Origin: Acidimicrobiia bacterium
GTDB taxonomy: Bacteria; Actinomycetota; Acidimicrobiia; Spongiisociales; JAHEDJ01
Reading direction: 5' to 3'
Length of the DNA stretch: 63,316 bases
NCBI GenBank assembly: GCA_029210695.1
Contig: JARGFH010000016.1
Coordinates: 1 to 63,316 of the forward strand
The first letter of the stretch is position 1. Each line of letters opens with the position of its first letter. Shown here one piece after another: positions 38,078 to 47,685 of this stretch. A program made the translations under genes and the position numbers. The notes under the pieces were generated by a model. That model worked only from the letters and a program-made list of their open reading frames with translations, searched no databases and was not told the origin of the DNA.

Positions 38078-39900
38078 CGAACGGGCCGCGAGCGGCTACC
38101 GACTACTCGGTGAGTCGCTACCACATTGATCTGACCAACGGGACCGTCCGCTGGGAGCGAACACCCTGTGAAGACCTCGAGGATGCGCTCGGCGGGATTG
38201 CCCGGGCCGCCAAGATACTCGGGGACCAGGCGGTGACCGACGCCTACTCTCCCGACGCGCCGCTCATCATGAATCTCGGCCTGCTCAGCGGAACCCGGGT
38301 CATGACCGGACTGCGGACCTATTTCCACGGATACTCGCCACTCAAAAGTTCACTGAGCGGAAGTCCCGGCCTGATGTGGACGGCTGGAAGCGGCCACTTC
38401 GGCACCAAGCTGGCCGGTCTGGGCATCGACGAGATGGTGTTCACCGGCCGCTCCCCTCGTCCAACCTTGCTGCACCTCACCGCCGGAGACGACCCCGAAG
38501 GTCCGGGCGGGCCCGCCAGGGTCGAGTTCCTCGACGCGACAGACCTGACCGGACGCCTAATAAACGATCGCATCCAGGACCTTCACAGGAGATACCCGGA
38601 GGCCCACTTCGCAGTGATCGGCCCGGCGGGCGAGCACTACGAGTCGGTTCGCTTTGCCTCGATCGCACTGTCCAGCGACAACCAACTGAAGACCGGTGAT
38701 CCTAAACCCCGATTCTGCGGACGGGGCGGCTACGGCGGAGTGATGGGTTCGAAGAACCTCTTCGCCATCGCCGCCGATGGCCCGAACCCGACTGTCTCAG
38801 GAAGGGGCCTCAAGGACATCAACCGTGAGATCAACCTCGGCGAAGGCAGCAAGCCGTACCGGGACGACGGCGCCGGCGGAACCTGGCGCCATGTGAAAGC
38901 TCAGCACGAAATTGGCGGCCTACCGGAGTTCAATTTCAATCCACCCGGAACCGAAGACGCGGTCGCCCTGCGACGGGCTTCCGTCGAAGCTGGCCCCTTC
39001 ACCGTCAAGGCGGAGAGCTGCTACCTGTGCGGCATCAAATGCCACAAAAACGTCTACGACAAACGGAGCGACGGTGAGGCGGGCCCGTTCCGCGCCAAGG
39101 TGGACTACGAACCCTGGGCCCTTCTCTCGTCCAATCTCGGGCTGTACGACCAGGACACGGCGTTGGACCGCGTCGAACTCGTAGATCAGCTGGGCATGGA
39201 TTCGATCTCGCTCGGAGTGACACTTGGATTCGTCATGGAACACAACCGCCGTCACCCCGACCAGGCCATCGCAGGTGGGCTGTCCTACGGTGACGCGGCA
39301 GCCGCCGAGGAGGCCATCCTTGCTGTTGGCGAAGGCCGGCTGCCCGACATCGGCGAAGGCTCGCTTCGTCTGGCCCGGCGACTCGAGGCTCTGGAATACG
39401 CTATGCAGTCGAAAGGCGTTGAGTACCCCGCCTACCTGCCGCATACGAACCCGGGATACCCCTGGTCGCTGGCCGGTGGCCACATGGGGATGCGCACCTT
39501 CCTCCTGGCGATGATCGAACGTGAGACGGGCCTCGATTACTGGGTCGACGCCATCACCAACCGGGGGCCGATGATCATGCTCGACGACATCACCGGGCTT
39601 TGTAAGTTCGCAGCCCTCGATCCAGAGACCGAGGCCGAAGCCCTCCACCTGGCGGCCGGCCTCGAAGTGACGGGCGACGATCTGCGGGCGGTGGTGGGCC
39701 GCACCTATTTGCGGGGCTATGCCAGCGAACGGCGGCAGGGCTTCACCGAGTCCGACTACGTCGTTCCGGATGAAGCGCACATGCCCGCCGAGCACAGCAC
39801 CCTGCCCCGATTCAACACGCCCGACTTCTTCGCGCAATTGCAGGAACGGGTCCTGGCGGTCTTCGACGCCCGCGCTCGAGAAGAGGGTTATCTGGCATAA
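38074..39900 (+). CDS. Aldehyde:ferredoxin oxidoreductase (AOR, W/Mo-bis-pterin) family
   Basis: IGPAGE, GRGGYGGVMGSKNL, CYLCGIKC, GMDSIS, GLCKF. Confidence 0.88.
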   Translation: MTNGPRAATDYSVSRYHIDLTNGTVRWERTPCEDLEDALGGIARAAKILGDQAVTDAYSPDAPLIMNLGLLSGTRVMTGLRTYFHGYSPLKSSLSGSPGLMWTAGSGHFGTKLAGLGIDEMVFTGRSPRPTLLHLTAGDDPEGPGGPARVEFLDATDLTGRLINDRIQDLHRRYPEAHFAVIGPAGEHYESVRFASIALSSDNQLKTGDPKPRFCGRGGYGGVMGSKNLFAIAADGPNPTVSGRGLKDINREINLGEGSKPYRDDGAGGTWRHVKAQHEIGGLPEFNFNPPGTEDAVALRRASVEAGPFTVKAESCYLCGIKCHKNVYDKRSDGEAGPFRAKVDYEPWALLSSNLGLYDQDTALDRVELVDQLGMDSISLGVTLGFVMEHNRRHPDQAIAGGLSYGDAAAAEEAILAVGEGRLPDIGEGSLRLARRLEALEYAMQSKGVEYPAYLPHTNPGYPWSLAGGHMGMRTFLLAMIERETGLDYWVDAITNRGPMIMLDDITGLCKFAALDPETEAEALHLAAGLEVTGDDLRAVVGRTYLRGYASERRQGFTESDYVVPDEAHMPAEHSTLPRFNTPDFFAQLQERVLAVFDARAREEGYLA

Positions 39901-39930
39901 CGAGAGCTCCCGAGGAGCCGCGGAGCCCGC

Positions 39931-40233
39931 CTACTTGAGGGGGCGCCTGAAGGCAACAGCCGCGACATCGAAATACTCCAGCTCGAGTTGGTTGTGCAAG
40001 GTATTTTCGACGAAGTCACGGAATCTCTCTGACGCGAAGCGCGCCTCGGCCGAAGCCCGATCCTCGAAGTGGTAGACCGAGCACATTCTGCCGGTCTCCT
40101 CGTTCATACCCCAGGTCTTGTCGATCAGGCCGGGCACATCGGTCTCGAAGGCGGACACCATCGCCTCGCAGCGCTCTGCAGTCTGATCAAACGTGGGCAG
40201 GTATGCCGGATAGAGCAGGACTACTACGACCAT
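39931..40233 (-). CDS. YdhR-like dimeric alpha/beta-barrel (putative monooxygenase)
   Basis: VPGLIDKTW...NEETG...VYHFED; RBS GGAGG. Confidence 0.7.
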   Translation of the reverse strand: MVVVVLLYPAYLPTFDQTAERCEAMVSAFETDVPGLIDKTWGMNEETGRMCSVYHFEDRASAEARFASERFRDFVENTLHNQLELEYFDVAAVAFRRPLK

Positions 40234-40425
40234 GATTCTGCCTCCGTAGGGCACCCAAGCATATTGGGAGCAGGCCACCATCCGGACACAAACGTCGGAA
40301 TGAGCCACCCGGGTTGGGACCTTCGACCCTGCCGATCGGCAACCAGATCCGTAGGGTAGGCGTGACAGAGAAGGGGTGCGGCCGTGTCCGGATGTCCGGC
40401 TCGGCCGGCCGGAGAAGGAGAACAG

Positions 40426-41499
40426 ATGCCCGATCAGTCGATGGATGCACTCGTCCTATTGGGTCCCAACGAGTTCGAGATTCAGAGCACCGGGATCCCG
40501 ACTCCTGCCCGGCACGAGGTGCTCTGCAAGGTGCACTCGGTAGCGATCTGCGGAACCGACAAGGAGATCATCTCGGGAAACTTCCTGAAGCGCGGTTGGC
40601 CGCCCGGCTATCCCTACACACCGGGTCACGAGTGGTCGGGCGAAGTCGTTGCCCTCGGAGACGAGGCAGAGGGGTTTGGTTTTTCCGTCGGTGATCGGGT
40701 GGCAGGGACGGCGCATTCGGGCTGCGGGTACTGCCGGATGTGCACCATCGGCCGCTACACCCTTTGCGAGAACTACGGACACGAGGAGCGCAACCACCGG
40801 CACTACGGCCACTACAGCACCGGCGCCCTCCGCCAGTTCCACAACAGTTCGATCAAGTCGGTCTTCCACATTCCCGACTCGATGACCCTGGAGCAAGCCG
40901 CCCTGGTGGATGCCAGTTCCATCGCCCTCCATGCAGTCAAGCGCGGCAAGGTGATGCCGGGCGATACTGTGGCAATCGTCGGACCGGGAGCCCAGGGTTT
41001 GCTGGCGGCCCAGTGCGCCGCTCAGTTGGGCGCGGCGCGGGTGATCGTGGTTGGCCGAGGGTCGCGACTCGAGACCGCCGCCGCCCTCGGCGCGGAAGTT
41101 GTCGACAACAGTCAAGTAGATGGCCCCCAGGCCGTACGCGATCTCACCGGCGGCCGGGGCGCCCACATGACGGTCGACACCGCCGCCCGGGGTACGTCGA
41201 CCCGCGACGCGATCGAGATGACGAGGAAGGGGGGGCGAGTCGCACTGATCGGCGTTCCCCTGGAGGCTGCCGAACTCCCGCTCAGCCGGATCGTCATCGA
41301 GGAGATGGATCTCTACGGCGTCCGGGCCAATCCCGGGGAGTGCGCGGAGATCATCCCGCTCATCGCGGCCGGCAAGATCGACGTCGACATCGTCACCACG
41401 CACAGGTTCCCGCTGAAGGACTTCGGCCAGGCCTACGAGACATTCACCAAGCGCATCGACGGGGCTATCAAGGTCCTGGTGCAGCCCAACGCGGAGTAA
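40426..41499 (+). CDS. Zn-dependent alcohol/polyol dehydrogenase (MDR family)
   Basis: ICGTD, GHEWSG, CGYCRMC...C, GPGAQG. Confidence 0.9.
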   Translation: MPDQSMDALVLLGPNEFEIQSTGIPTPARHEVLCKVHSVAICGTDKEIISGNFLKRGWPPGYPYTPGHEWSGEVVALGDEAEGFGFSVGDRVAGTAHSGCGYCRMCTIGRYTLCENYGHEERNHRHYGHYSTGALRQFHNSSIKSVFHIPDSMTLEQAALVDASSIALHAVKRGKVMPGDTVAIVGPGAQGLLAAQCAAQLGAARVIVVGRGSRLETAAALGAEVVDNSQVDGPQAVRDLTGGRGAHMTVDTAARGTSTRDAIEMTRKGGRVALIGVPLEAAELPLSRIVIEEMDLYGVRANPGECAEIIPLIAAGKIDVDIVTTHRFPLKDFGQAYETFTKRIDGAIKVLVQPNAE

Positions 41500-41528
41500 T
41501 TGCTCGGCAAACAAGGAGGACAGTGGTC

Positions 41529-42506
41529 ATGAGTAAGTGGCAGATCCCCCCGGATGGCGGCCACATGGAACGCCCATCGGGCATCTACTACCAGACCATG
41601 ACGGGGAAGCAGATCGAAGATCGGCTGAAAGAGAACGATCTGATCATCATCCCCATCGGGAGCAGCGAGAATCACGGTCTGGCTCAGAATCCAGGCGAGG
41701 ACACATTCCTCGTCACCCGGCAGGCAGAGCAGATCGCGGCCAAGACCGGGTGCACAGTGGCAGAACCCATCTGGTACGGGTCCCATCCCTTCCATCACCT
41801 GGGCATGCCCGGCAACATCGTCATCCCTGAGGAGACCTTCAATGCCTACCTGCGAGCGGTCATCGCCGGGTTCTGGAATGCCGGTTTTCGCAAACAGATT
41901 CTCCTGAACGGCCACGGCCAGGACTACGTGATCCCGGCCGCAATGCACCAGTTCGGCAAGAAGTATCAGGTGCCCTGCATTCTGGTCAACGTCAACTGGT
42001 GGTTCGTGATCCCGGAGCACCTCCGCGACAAAGAACACGGAGGACCGTTCGAGACTCCGTTCATCCACGGCGACGAGTGCGAAGCTTCGTTTGCGATGGC
42101 TCTCTTCCCTGAGTTCATCGACATCAAACACGCGCAGAAGACGTCGTTCACTCCGTTGCTGCCTCCCGGACACATCAACAAGTCGGGTTCGGCTCTTCCC
42201 CTGGCGGAGGCGCCGCTGCCGTTCTGGCAGCAGGTTGGTGGTTCACCGCTCGAGGTGGTAGCCACTCCGGAGGGCACCGTTGGTGACGCCACCCTGGCCG
42301 ATCCGGAGAAGGCGAGGGGTGGCGTGAATGCGATCCTCGACTATCTCGAGCGACTGGTCAATGACATCATGGAGATGTATCCGCCCGGGAAGCTGCCGCC
42401 GATCGAACAGGTGAGTATGCGGCCCCGGGAGGACGTTGAAGCGGTGCTCAAGGGCCCACTGGAGCCGGGCGGCCGGCATCTTTACACGTTCGCCTATCCG
42501 CCGTAA
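41529..42506 (+). CDS. iolN: 3-dehydro-scyllo-inosose hydrolase-like (creatininase family)
   Basis: MERPSGIYYQTMT, GEDTFLVTR, GFWNAGFRKQILLNGHGQ, GGPFETPFIH closely match Thermotoga maritima IolN as I recall it. Confidence 0.82.
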   Translation: MSKWQIPPDGGHMERPSGIYYQTMTGKQIEDRLKENDLIIIPIGSSENHGLAQNPGEDTFLVTRQAEQIAAKTGCTVAEPIWYGSHPFHHLGMPGNIVIPEETFNAYLRAVIAGFWNAGFRKQILLNGHGQDYVIPAAMHQFGKKYQVPCILVNVNWWFVIPEHLRDKEHGGPFETPFIHGDECEASFAMALFPEFIDIKHAQKTSFTPLLPPGHINKSGSALPLAEAPLPFWQQVGGSPLEVVATPEGTVGDATLADPEKARGGVNAILDYLERLVNDIMEMYPPGKLPPIEQVSMRPREDVEAVLKGPLEPGGRHLYTFAYPP

Positions 42507-42544
42507 GTCGGGGTCGCCGGCGGATCAGGAATAGATTGAGGTTC

Positions 42545-43354
42545 ATGTTCAGAACCAGCATGGCAATCTCGCCCACCCCGGCCGAGTTTGCCCCGCTGCT
42601 CTTCGCCGGGGATTGGAAAGGGGCGCTCGATGCCGCCGCCGATCTTGGGTACGACGCAATCGAGATGAGCGTCCGCGACCCGGCCGATCCGGCGGTTGTG
42701 TCATGTGATGCCGAAGCCCGCCGGCGGGACATTCGAGTCTCGGCGATAGCGACAGGACAATCCTTCTACTCGGACGGGTGGTCGCTGACCGCCGACGATC
42801 CGGGGATTCAAACATTGCTCGAGCAACGGATGCGCCGCATCATCGACCTGGCTGCCCCCTGGGAGGCACTCGTTGTAATCGGCGGCGTCCGCGGGACGCT
42901 GTCCGGATCAGATGGCGAACGAGTCGATCAGTATCGCCGGGCACTGGAAGCCGTCCGACGCTATGCCGAGTATGCACTCACACTCAACGTCTCTCTGGCG
43001 GTTGAACCCATCAACCGATACGAAACCAATTACCTAAACACAATCAGGGAAACCCTGCAGTTCGTTGGCAATGTCGGTCTAAGCAACGTAGGCATTCTGC
43101 CCGACACCTTCCACATGAATATCGAAGAGGTTTCATTGGCCGAGTCGTTGCGATCGGCCGGGAAGCTGATCCTGCACACGCAGTTCACCGACAGCAACCG
43201 GCTGGCGGCGGGGCAAGGTCACGTTGACTTCCGGGTTCTGGCAGGGGTGCTGCGGGAGCTCGACTATTCCGGCTACCTCTCAGCCGAGATATTGCCTCAT
43301 CCCGACAGCCGAACCGCCGCCCAACAGGCGATCGAATTCTTCAGAAACCTATGA
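42545..43354 (+). CDS. iolO: 5-keto-L-gluconate epimerase-like (AP_endonuc_2 TIM barrel)
   Basis: VRDP, AIATGQ, EPINRYET, DTFHMNIEE, DSNR; adjacent to iolN. Confidence 0.75.
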   Translation: MFRTSMAISPTPAEFAPLLFAGDWKGALDAAADLGYDAIEMSVRDPADPAVVSCDAEARRRDIRVSAIATGQSFYSDGWSLTADDPGIQTLLEQRMRRIIDLAAPWEALVVIGGVRGTLSGSDGERVDQYRRALEAVRRYAEYALTLNVSLAVEPINRYETNYLNTIRETLQFVGNVGLSNVGILPDTFHMNIEEVSLAESLRSAGKLILHTQFTDSNRLAAGQGHVDFRVLAGVLRELDYSGYLSAEILPHPDSRTAAQQAIEFFRNL

Positions 43355-43500
43355 CGCTCCACCAGGAACGACGCCTTAGATCGAAGACGTAGCCCTCTTC
43401 TCTCAGGCTGAAATCGAGGAACATCTCAGGAACCCCGGTGAGCCGGGATATCTGAATCCCTACCGCGCCTGACGACCGTTCGAGTGAGCCGGCCGGCTCC

Positions 43501-44340
43501 CTACCGCTCGATGGGATATCCGACGATCGATCCCCACTCGGTCCACGAACCGTCGTATACGCGAACGCGGTCTCGTCCGAGCAAGCGGGTGAGCACAAAC
43601 CATCCGAGAGAGGCCCGATGACTCAAGCGACAAGAGGTGACAACCTCGTGTTCGTCTGAGACCCCGACCTTCCGGAATTCGGCCCACAATTCGTCGGGTG
43701 CTTTGAACGTTCCCTCTTCAGTGAGGAGTTGTTCCCGGGGAAGGTGGCGAGCTCCGGGTATGTGGCCACGGCGCTCCGCGCCGTGATCGAAGGGGGCCGT
43801 GAGGGGCGCCACTCGCTCCCCGGAGAACTCCTCAGCCGAGCGCAGGTCGATGAGCACCCGGCGCGGATCTTCGAGACCGGCCAATACACCTTGGCGTCCT
43901 ATCCGACAGGTATCGTCAGCCCGACCAGGCGTGACTGTCCGCGGCGCGACCACCGGGCGATCATCAGTCTGAGGGAACCCACGCGTTGCCCAGATCTCGT
44001 GTCCACCATCCAGCACGGCCGTTCGTTCTTCGAATCCAGCCATGGCCAGCACCCAATAGGCGTAGGTAGCAAACTGGATTGGATCACCTACCAGCACCAG
44101 GGTCGTGTCATCCCCCACTCCGAACGCTCCGAGGCGTTCCGCCAACACCGCCGGGCTGGCGAACTCCCGATCTAGTTCATGCCAGAGCAGGTCTTTCCAA
44201 TAGACGTAGTGAGCTCCGTCGATATGGCCGGAGAAGTAGGCGGCCTTGTCGGGTTGGTAGAAAGACACTTCCAGCACCGCCACGTCGGGACCCCCGACCC
44301 GATCGAGCAACCACTCGGGCGAAACCAGCGGGTCGACCAT
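43501..44340 (-). CDS. Tandem-domain rhodanese sulfurtransferase
   Basis: GHIDGA, LDGG, GHIPGA, CRLSHRAS, YDGSWTEW. Confidence 0.9.
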   Translation of the reverse strand: MVDPLVSPEWLLDRVGGPDVAVLEVSFYQPDKAAYFSGHIDGAHYVYWKDLLWHELDREFASPAVLAERLGAFGVGDDTTLVLVGDPIQFATYAYWVLAMAGFEERTAVLDGGHEIWATRGFPQTDDRPVVAPRTVTPGRADDTCRIGRQGVLAGLEDPRRVLIDLRSAEEFSGERVAPLTAPFDHGAERRGHIPGARHLPREQLLTEEGTFKAPDELWAEFRKVGVSDEHEVVTSCRLSHRASLGWFVLTRLLGRDRVRVYDGSWTEWGSIVGYPIER

Positions 44341-44428
44341 CAGAGGGTTATCCCACAACGGCCGGACTGCCGTGTCCGGGTCGAAACGGCTGGTTCTTTG
44401 CGAGCTGCGGCCATGTCGGTGACCCTCC

Positions 44429-44896
44429 TCACCCGTAGAAAGCCAGGAGGATTGAGCCTCCCACTATGAACATACCTCCGAGCCAGATGCGCGGAGTAAC
44501 CCGCTCGAGGTGCTGACCAACCACGATCGGGGACAAGATCAAGACGACGATCACCGCCAACCTCCCGATCGACAAGACGGCAGCCACGGTAATCAGGCTC
44601 AAGGCAATCCAGTTGGCCGCGATCGAGAACCCGGTAAGAAGGCCGACAACAAACTGCAATCCCAGATCGCCCCGATTCGCGGTGGCCAGGCCTAGCTTGC
44701 CGCGCCGAATCCACACCACCGGCAAATACGCCAGCATGCTGGCGGTCATACCGATCGCCACACCCACTACCGGAAAAGGGACCTCGTCCAGTCCGCGCCG
44801 CACAAACACCGGACTGAGCGACCAACACAACGCGGTGAGCAACCCAAACAGAGTGCCACCCGCCCATCGGGTCAGGGCTCCGCCCGATTCATCCAT
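44429..44896 (-). CDS. Single-domain EamA/DMT transporter half
   Basis: Five TM segments, ERVTPRIWLG. Confidence 0.75.
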   Translation of the reverse strand: MDESGGALTRWAGGTLFGLLTALCWSLSPVFVRRGLDEVPFPVVGVAIGMTASMLAYLPVVWIRRGKLGLATANRGDLGLQFVVGLLTGFSIAANWIALSLITVAAVLSIGRLAVIVVLILSPIVVGQHLERVTPRIWLGGMFIVGGSILLAFYG

Positions 44897-45311
44897 TGGA
44901 TATCAAGAAGACGCCGATCACTACGAGCGCCACCCCCATCATTGCCGGGAAGCTCAAAACCTCACCCAACGCAACGGCTGCGATCACCGTCCCGAAGAGA
45001 GGACTAGTACCGATCAGCGCCCCAGTTCGAGCTGCGCCAATCCGCCGCTGGCTGAAGGTGAGGAAGGTCCAACCGAGTGAGAAGTGGATAACGCCGGCGA
45101 GAGAGAAGTTCACGAACGCCATCAGCGGGGCATCACCCAACACATCCAGGTCGCCCATGACTGCGACCGCACCAAAGAGCACCAGTGCGCTGACCGTCAA
45201 CAAAATGAAGGTAGCCAGGAAGCGGTCGACTCCGCGACCGGCTCGCCGGTGCAAGGTCTGGAAGACGCCGAAACCAATCCCCGCCGCGGTTGCCCAGTAG
45301 ATGCCGCTCAT
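44889..45311 (-). CDS. Single-domain EamA/DMT transporter half
   Basis: IGAARTGALIGTSPLF...LGE. Confidence 0.78.
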   Translation of the reverse strand: MSGIYWATAAGIGFGVFQTLHRRAGRGVDRFLATFILLTVSALVLFGAVAVMGDLDVLGDAPLMAFVNFSLAGVIHFSLGWTFLTFSQRRIGAARTGALIGTSPLFGTVIAAVALGEVLSFPAMMGVALVVIGVFLISNG

Positions 45312-45441
45312 CGGCAGGTCCAAGTCCAGAGAGAACTGTCGGTCTGGCCATCCAGGCAAAGCCGGGCCAGTTCGGGATCACCGAACAACTGCGTCACGGA
45401 CCGCTCGCGAAACTCCCATCCGGGTTCCAACACGGATCCTC

Positions 45442-46212
45442 TCAGAGTCTCGAGACGGTCAGCCCGCCGTCGATAGTCAAGATCTGGCCGGTCGCGTACG
45501 GCAGGTCGCCGCCCACCAGCGTCGCGACCGCCGCAGCCACGTCCTCTGGCGTCCCGAAGCGCCGATCCAACGTGAGCCCGGCTTCGATCAACGCCTCATA
45601 TTTCCCGGCAACGGGAGCGGTCATATCGGTTTCGATGACCCCGGGCCGCACTTCGTAGACCTCGATCCCGTGGTCGGCGAGCCGAGTAGCCCACAGTAAC
45701 GTCGTCATCGAGAGGCCCGCCTTGCTGATGCAATACTCACCTCGGTTGGGCGAAACAACTGCTGCGCTGATCGAAGTGATGTTCACGATCCGTCCGCGGA
45801 ACGACGAGTCGGCCTCATGCTCTTGAATCATGTGTCTCGCCAGGGATTGGGTGAGCAGGAACGGTCCCTTGAGGTTGACGGCGAGCACCGTATCAAGGTC
45901 TTCCTCCGAAACCTCCAGGAGGTCCTTGCGTCCCGGCGATGTGATCCCCGCATTGTTGACCAGCACATCGAGGCGTCCGACAGCCTTCAGCGTCTCGGCA
46001 ACGAGGTGGCTGCGCCCATCCGCCATTCCAACATCAGCTGCCACGTAGGCAGCCTCCCCGAAGCGTGACAGTTCCTCGAGCGTTTCGGCGATAGCTTCCA
46101 CGGCACGCAGACCATTGATAACCACCTGGTAGCCGTCGGTGAGGAGTCTCCTGGCGATACCGAGCCCGATGCCGCGGGAACCACCGGTCACGAGGGCAGT
46201 GCGGGGGGTCAC
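45442..46212 (-). CDS. Short-chain dehydrogenase/reductase
   Basis: TGGSRGIG, NNAG, YCISKAG, RPGVIETDM. Confidence 0.9.
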   Translation of the reverse strand: MTPRTALVTGGSRGIGLGIARRLLTDGYQVVINGLRAVEAIAETLEELSRFGEAAYVAADVGMADGRSHLVAETLKAVGRLDVLVNNAGITSPGRKDLLEVSEEDLDTVLAVNLKGPFLLTQSLARHMIQEHEADSSFRGRIVNITSISAAVVSPNRGEYCISKAGLSMTTLLWATRLADHGIEVYEVRPGVIETDMTAPVAGKYEALIEAGLTLDRRFGTPEDVAAAVATLVGGDLPYATGQILTIDGGLTVSRL

Positions 46213-47600
46213 GAGATCCCCTCGATCGGACCGAAGAAGGTGAGGTAGGGATCACCTTCGATGAGTCGTTGCACGTAGAGGGCTGCCTCCATGAGGTGGT
46301 AATCACCCCACAGCACCGATTCGCCGGATGGAACGTGGGTGTCGTCCGGAGCGTGGTCCCAGCCGTTCGGTCGGTGGTACACGCCGTGGAGGAGCAAGCC
46401 TTCATGCTCGGGATCGAGACTCAAGTAACCGTCGGAGAGTAGGGTCCGCATGACCGTCAGGCCCGCCTTCGTGTACCGGACTCCCGAGGAAGCTCCGGCG
46501 GCGGTGAGATAGTTGCCGAGCCTCAGCAAACCCTGGGCGGCGATGGCCCCCGCCGAACTGTCGACCGGTTCATGTGGGTTGTGCGGTTCGGCCGGCCGGT
46601 CGAGGTAGGCGCCCATCGACGCCAGGCCGGGTGCTCCTGTATCCCAGTAAGGCACACCGTCGATCGGGGTGTGCTCGATGTAGAAGTCACAGGAAGCGGT
46701 GGCCGCGGCGATCATCATCGAACGAACTGCTTCCCTCCCGCCGACCGGTTCCAGCTCCGCGTCTGCGACGGTGTCGAGGAACTCGAGCAGTTCGGGGTAT
46801 CCGGACATGACCCAAGCGAGGCCGCGAGTCCACGTAGTAAAGGGCGAATATCCCTGTTGGGTGCTGGGGGCCCGATAGTTGCCGTCGTTGACGTTGAACA
46901 GCGTCTCATGGGCCACCCGACCCCGGACGTCGAAAGTATCGCGACCTTCACCGTAGAACACGTTGTATCTGGCCGTGGTGGCCGCATGCTGGATCCCGCG
47001 CTCGAGCAGCGAAATGGACTCGTCGTTCTCGCCCAGCAGGCGGTGCCCCAGGCGGTGGGCCAAAACAAGGGAACGAATCGAGCGGATCGTGTCACAGAAC
47101 AGGGAGTGGGGGCCGTTGAACGAGTGAATGAAGCCACCGCCCTCGGCAGTTCTGGTCCAGCGCATCGCCTGCACGGCTCCGCTCACTCGCAGCGCATCCT
47201 CGTAGAACGCCAACTCCCACGCGTCAAAGGGAGTCCGATCCTCGAGCATCAGCCGCCTGAGGTTCCCGTAGGTGCTGACGTTGTTGAAGCCGTGGTCGTG
47301 GACGCCTGCATGCGTCAGGTGCGGGGCCATATGGTCACGGGTGAGGCGCCGGCCGAGATCAAGAGCTTCTTGGTCGCCGGTCGCATCGAACTGCAGGATG
47401 GCTTCACCGTAGAGAAAACCTTGGGTCCACTCGGTCCAACCTCTGGCGGTGTATCGACCTTCAACTGTGTACACCGGCGTTGCGTTGTCAGGTGAATCCC
47501 GGCGGCACAGCCGCTTGACCTTGGGACCGGCCATGTCCCACAATCTCTTGAGATCCGGGCCGACCGACGCCGGTTCGATGGCGGTGTCAATCTTGATCAA
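46209..47600 (-). CDS. GH88 (unsaturated glucuronyl hydrolase)-like protein
   Basis: WTQGF, HDHGF, QGYS...WTRGLAW, PYWD, DSSA, WGDY. Confidence 0.8.
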   Translation of the reverse strand: MIKIDTAIEPASVGPDLKRLWDMAGPKVKRLCRRDSPDNATPVYTVEGRYTARGWTEWTQGFLYGEAILQFDATGDQEALDLGRRLTRDHMAPHLTHAGVHDHGFNNVSTYGNLRRLMLEDRTPFDAWELAFYEDALRVSGAVQAMRWTRTAEGGGFIHSFNGPHSLFCDTIRSIRSLVLAHRLGHRLLGENDESISLLERGIQHAATTARYNVFYGEGRDTFDVRGRVAHETLFNVNDGNYRAPSTQQGYSPFTTWTRGLAWVMSGYPELLEFLDTVADAELEPVGGREAVRSMMIAAATASCDFYIEHTPIDGVPYWDTGAPGLASMGAYLDRPAEPHNPHEPVDSSAGAIAAQGLLRLGNYLTAAGASSGVRYTKAGLTVMRTLLSDGYLSLDPEHEGLLLHGVYHRPNGWDHAPDDTHVPSGESVLWGDYHLMEAALYVQRLIEGDPYLTFFGPIEGIS

Positions 47601-47685
47601 AACGCACTCCGAATCTCAACGGCCACCCGCTTCTGGTGCGAAGCTAGCACTCCGGCTCGGGGCGATTGGTGGAGAGGCACGTGAA

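Noticed and set aside
40740..41528. 5' extension of the 588-aa ORF, suggesting a fusion to IolN
   Set aside because: It is an off-frame overlap with the Zn-dehydrogenase; iolN has its own RBS (AGGAGG) and ATG at 41529.
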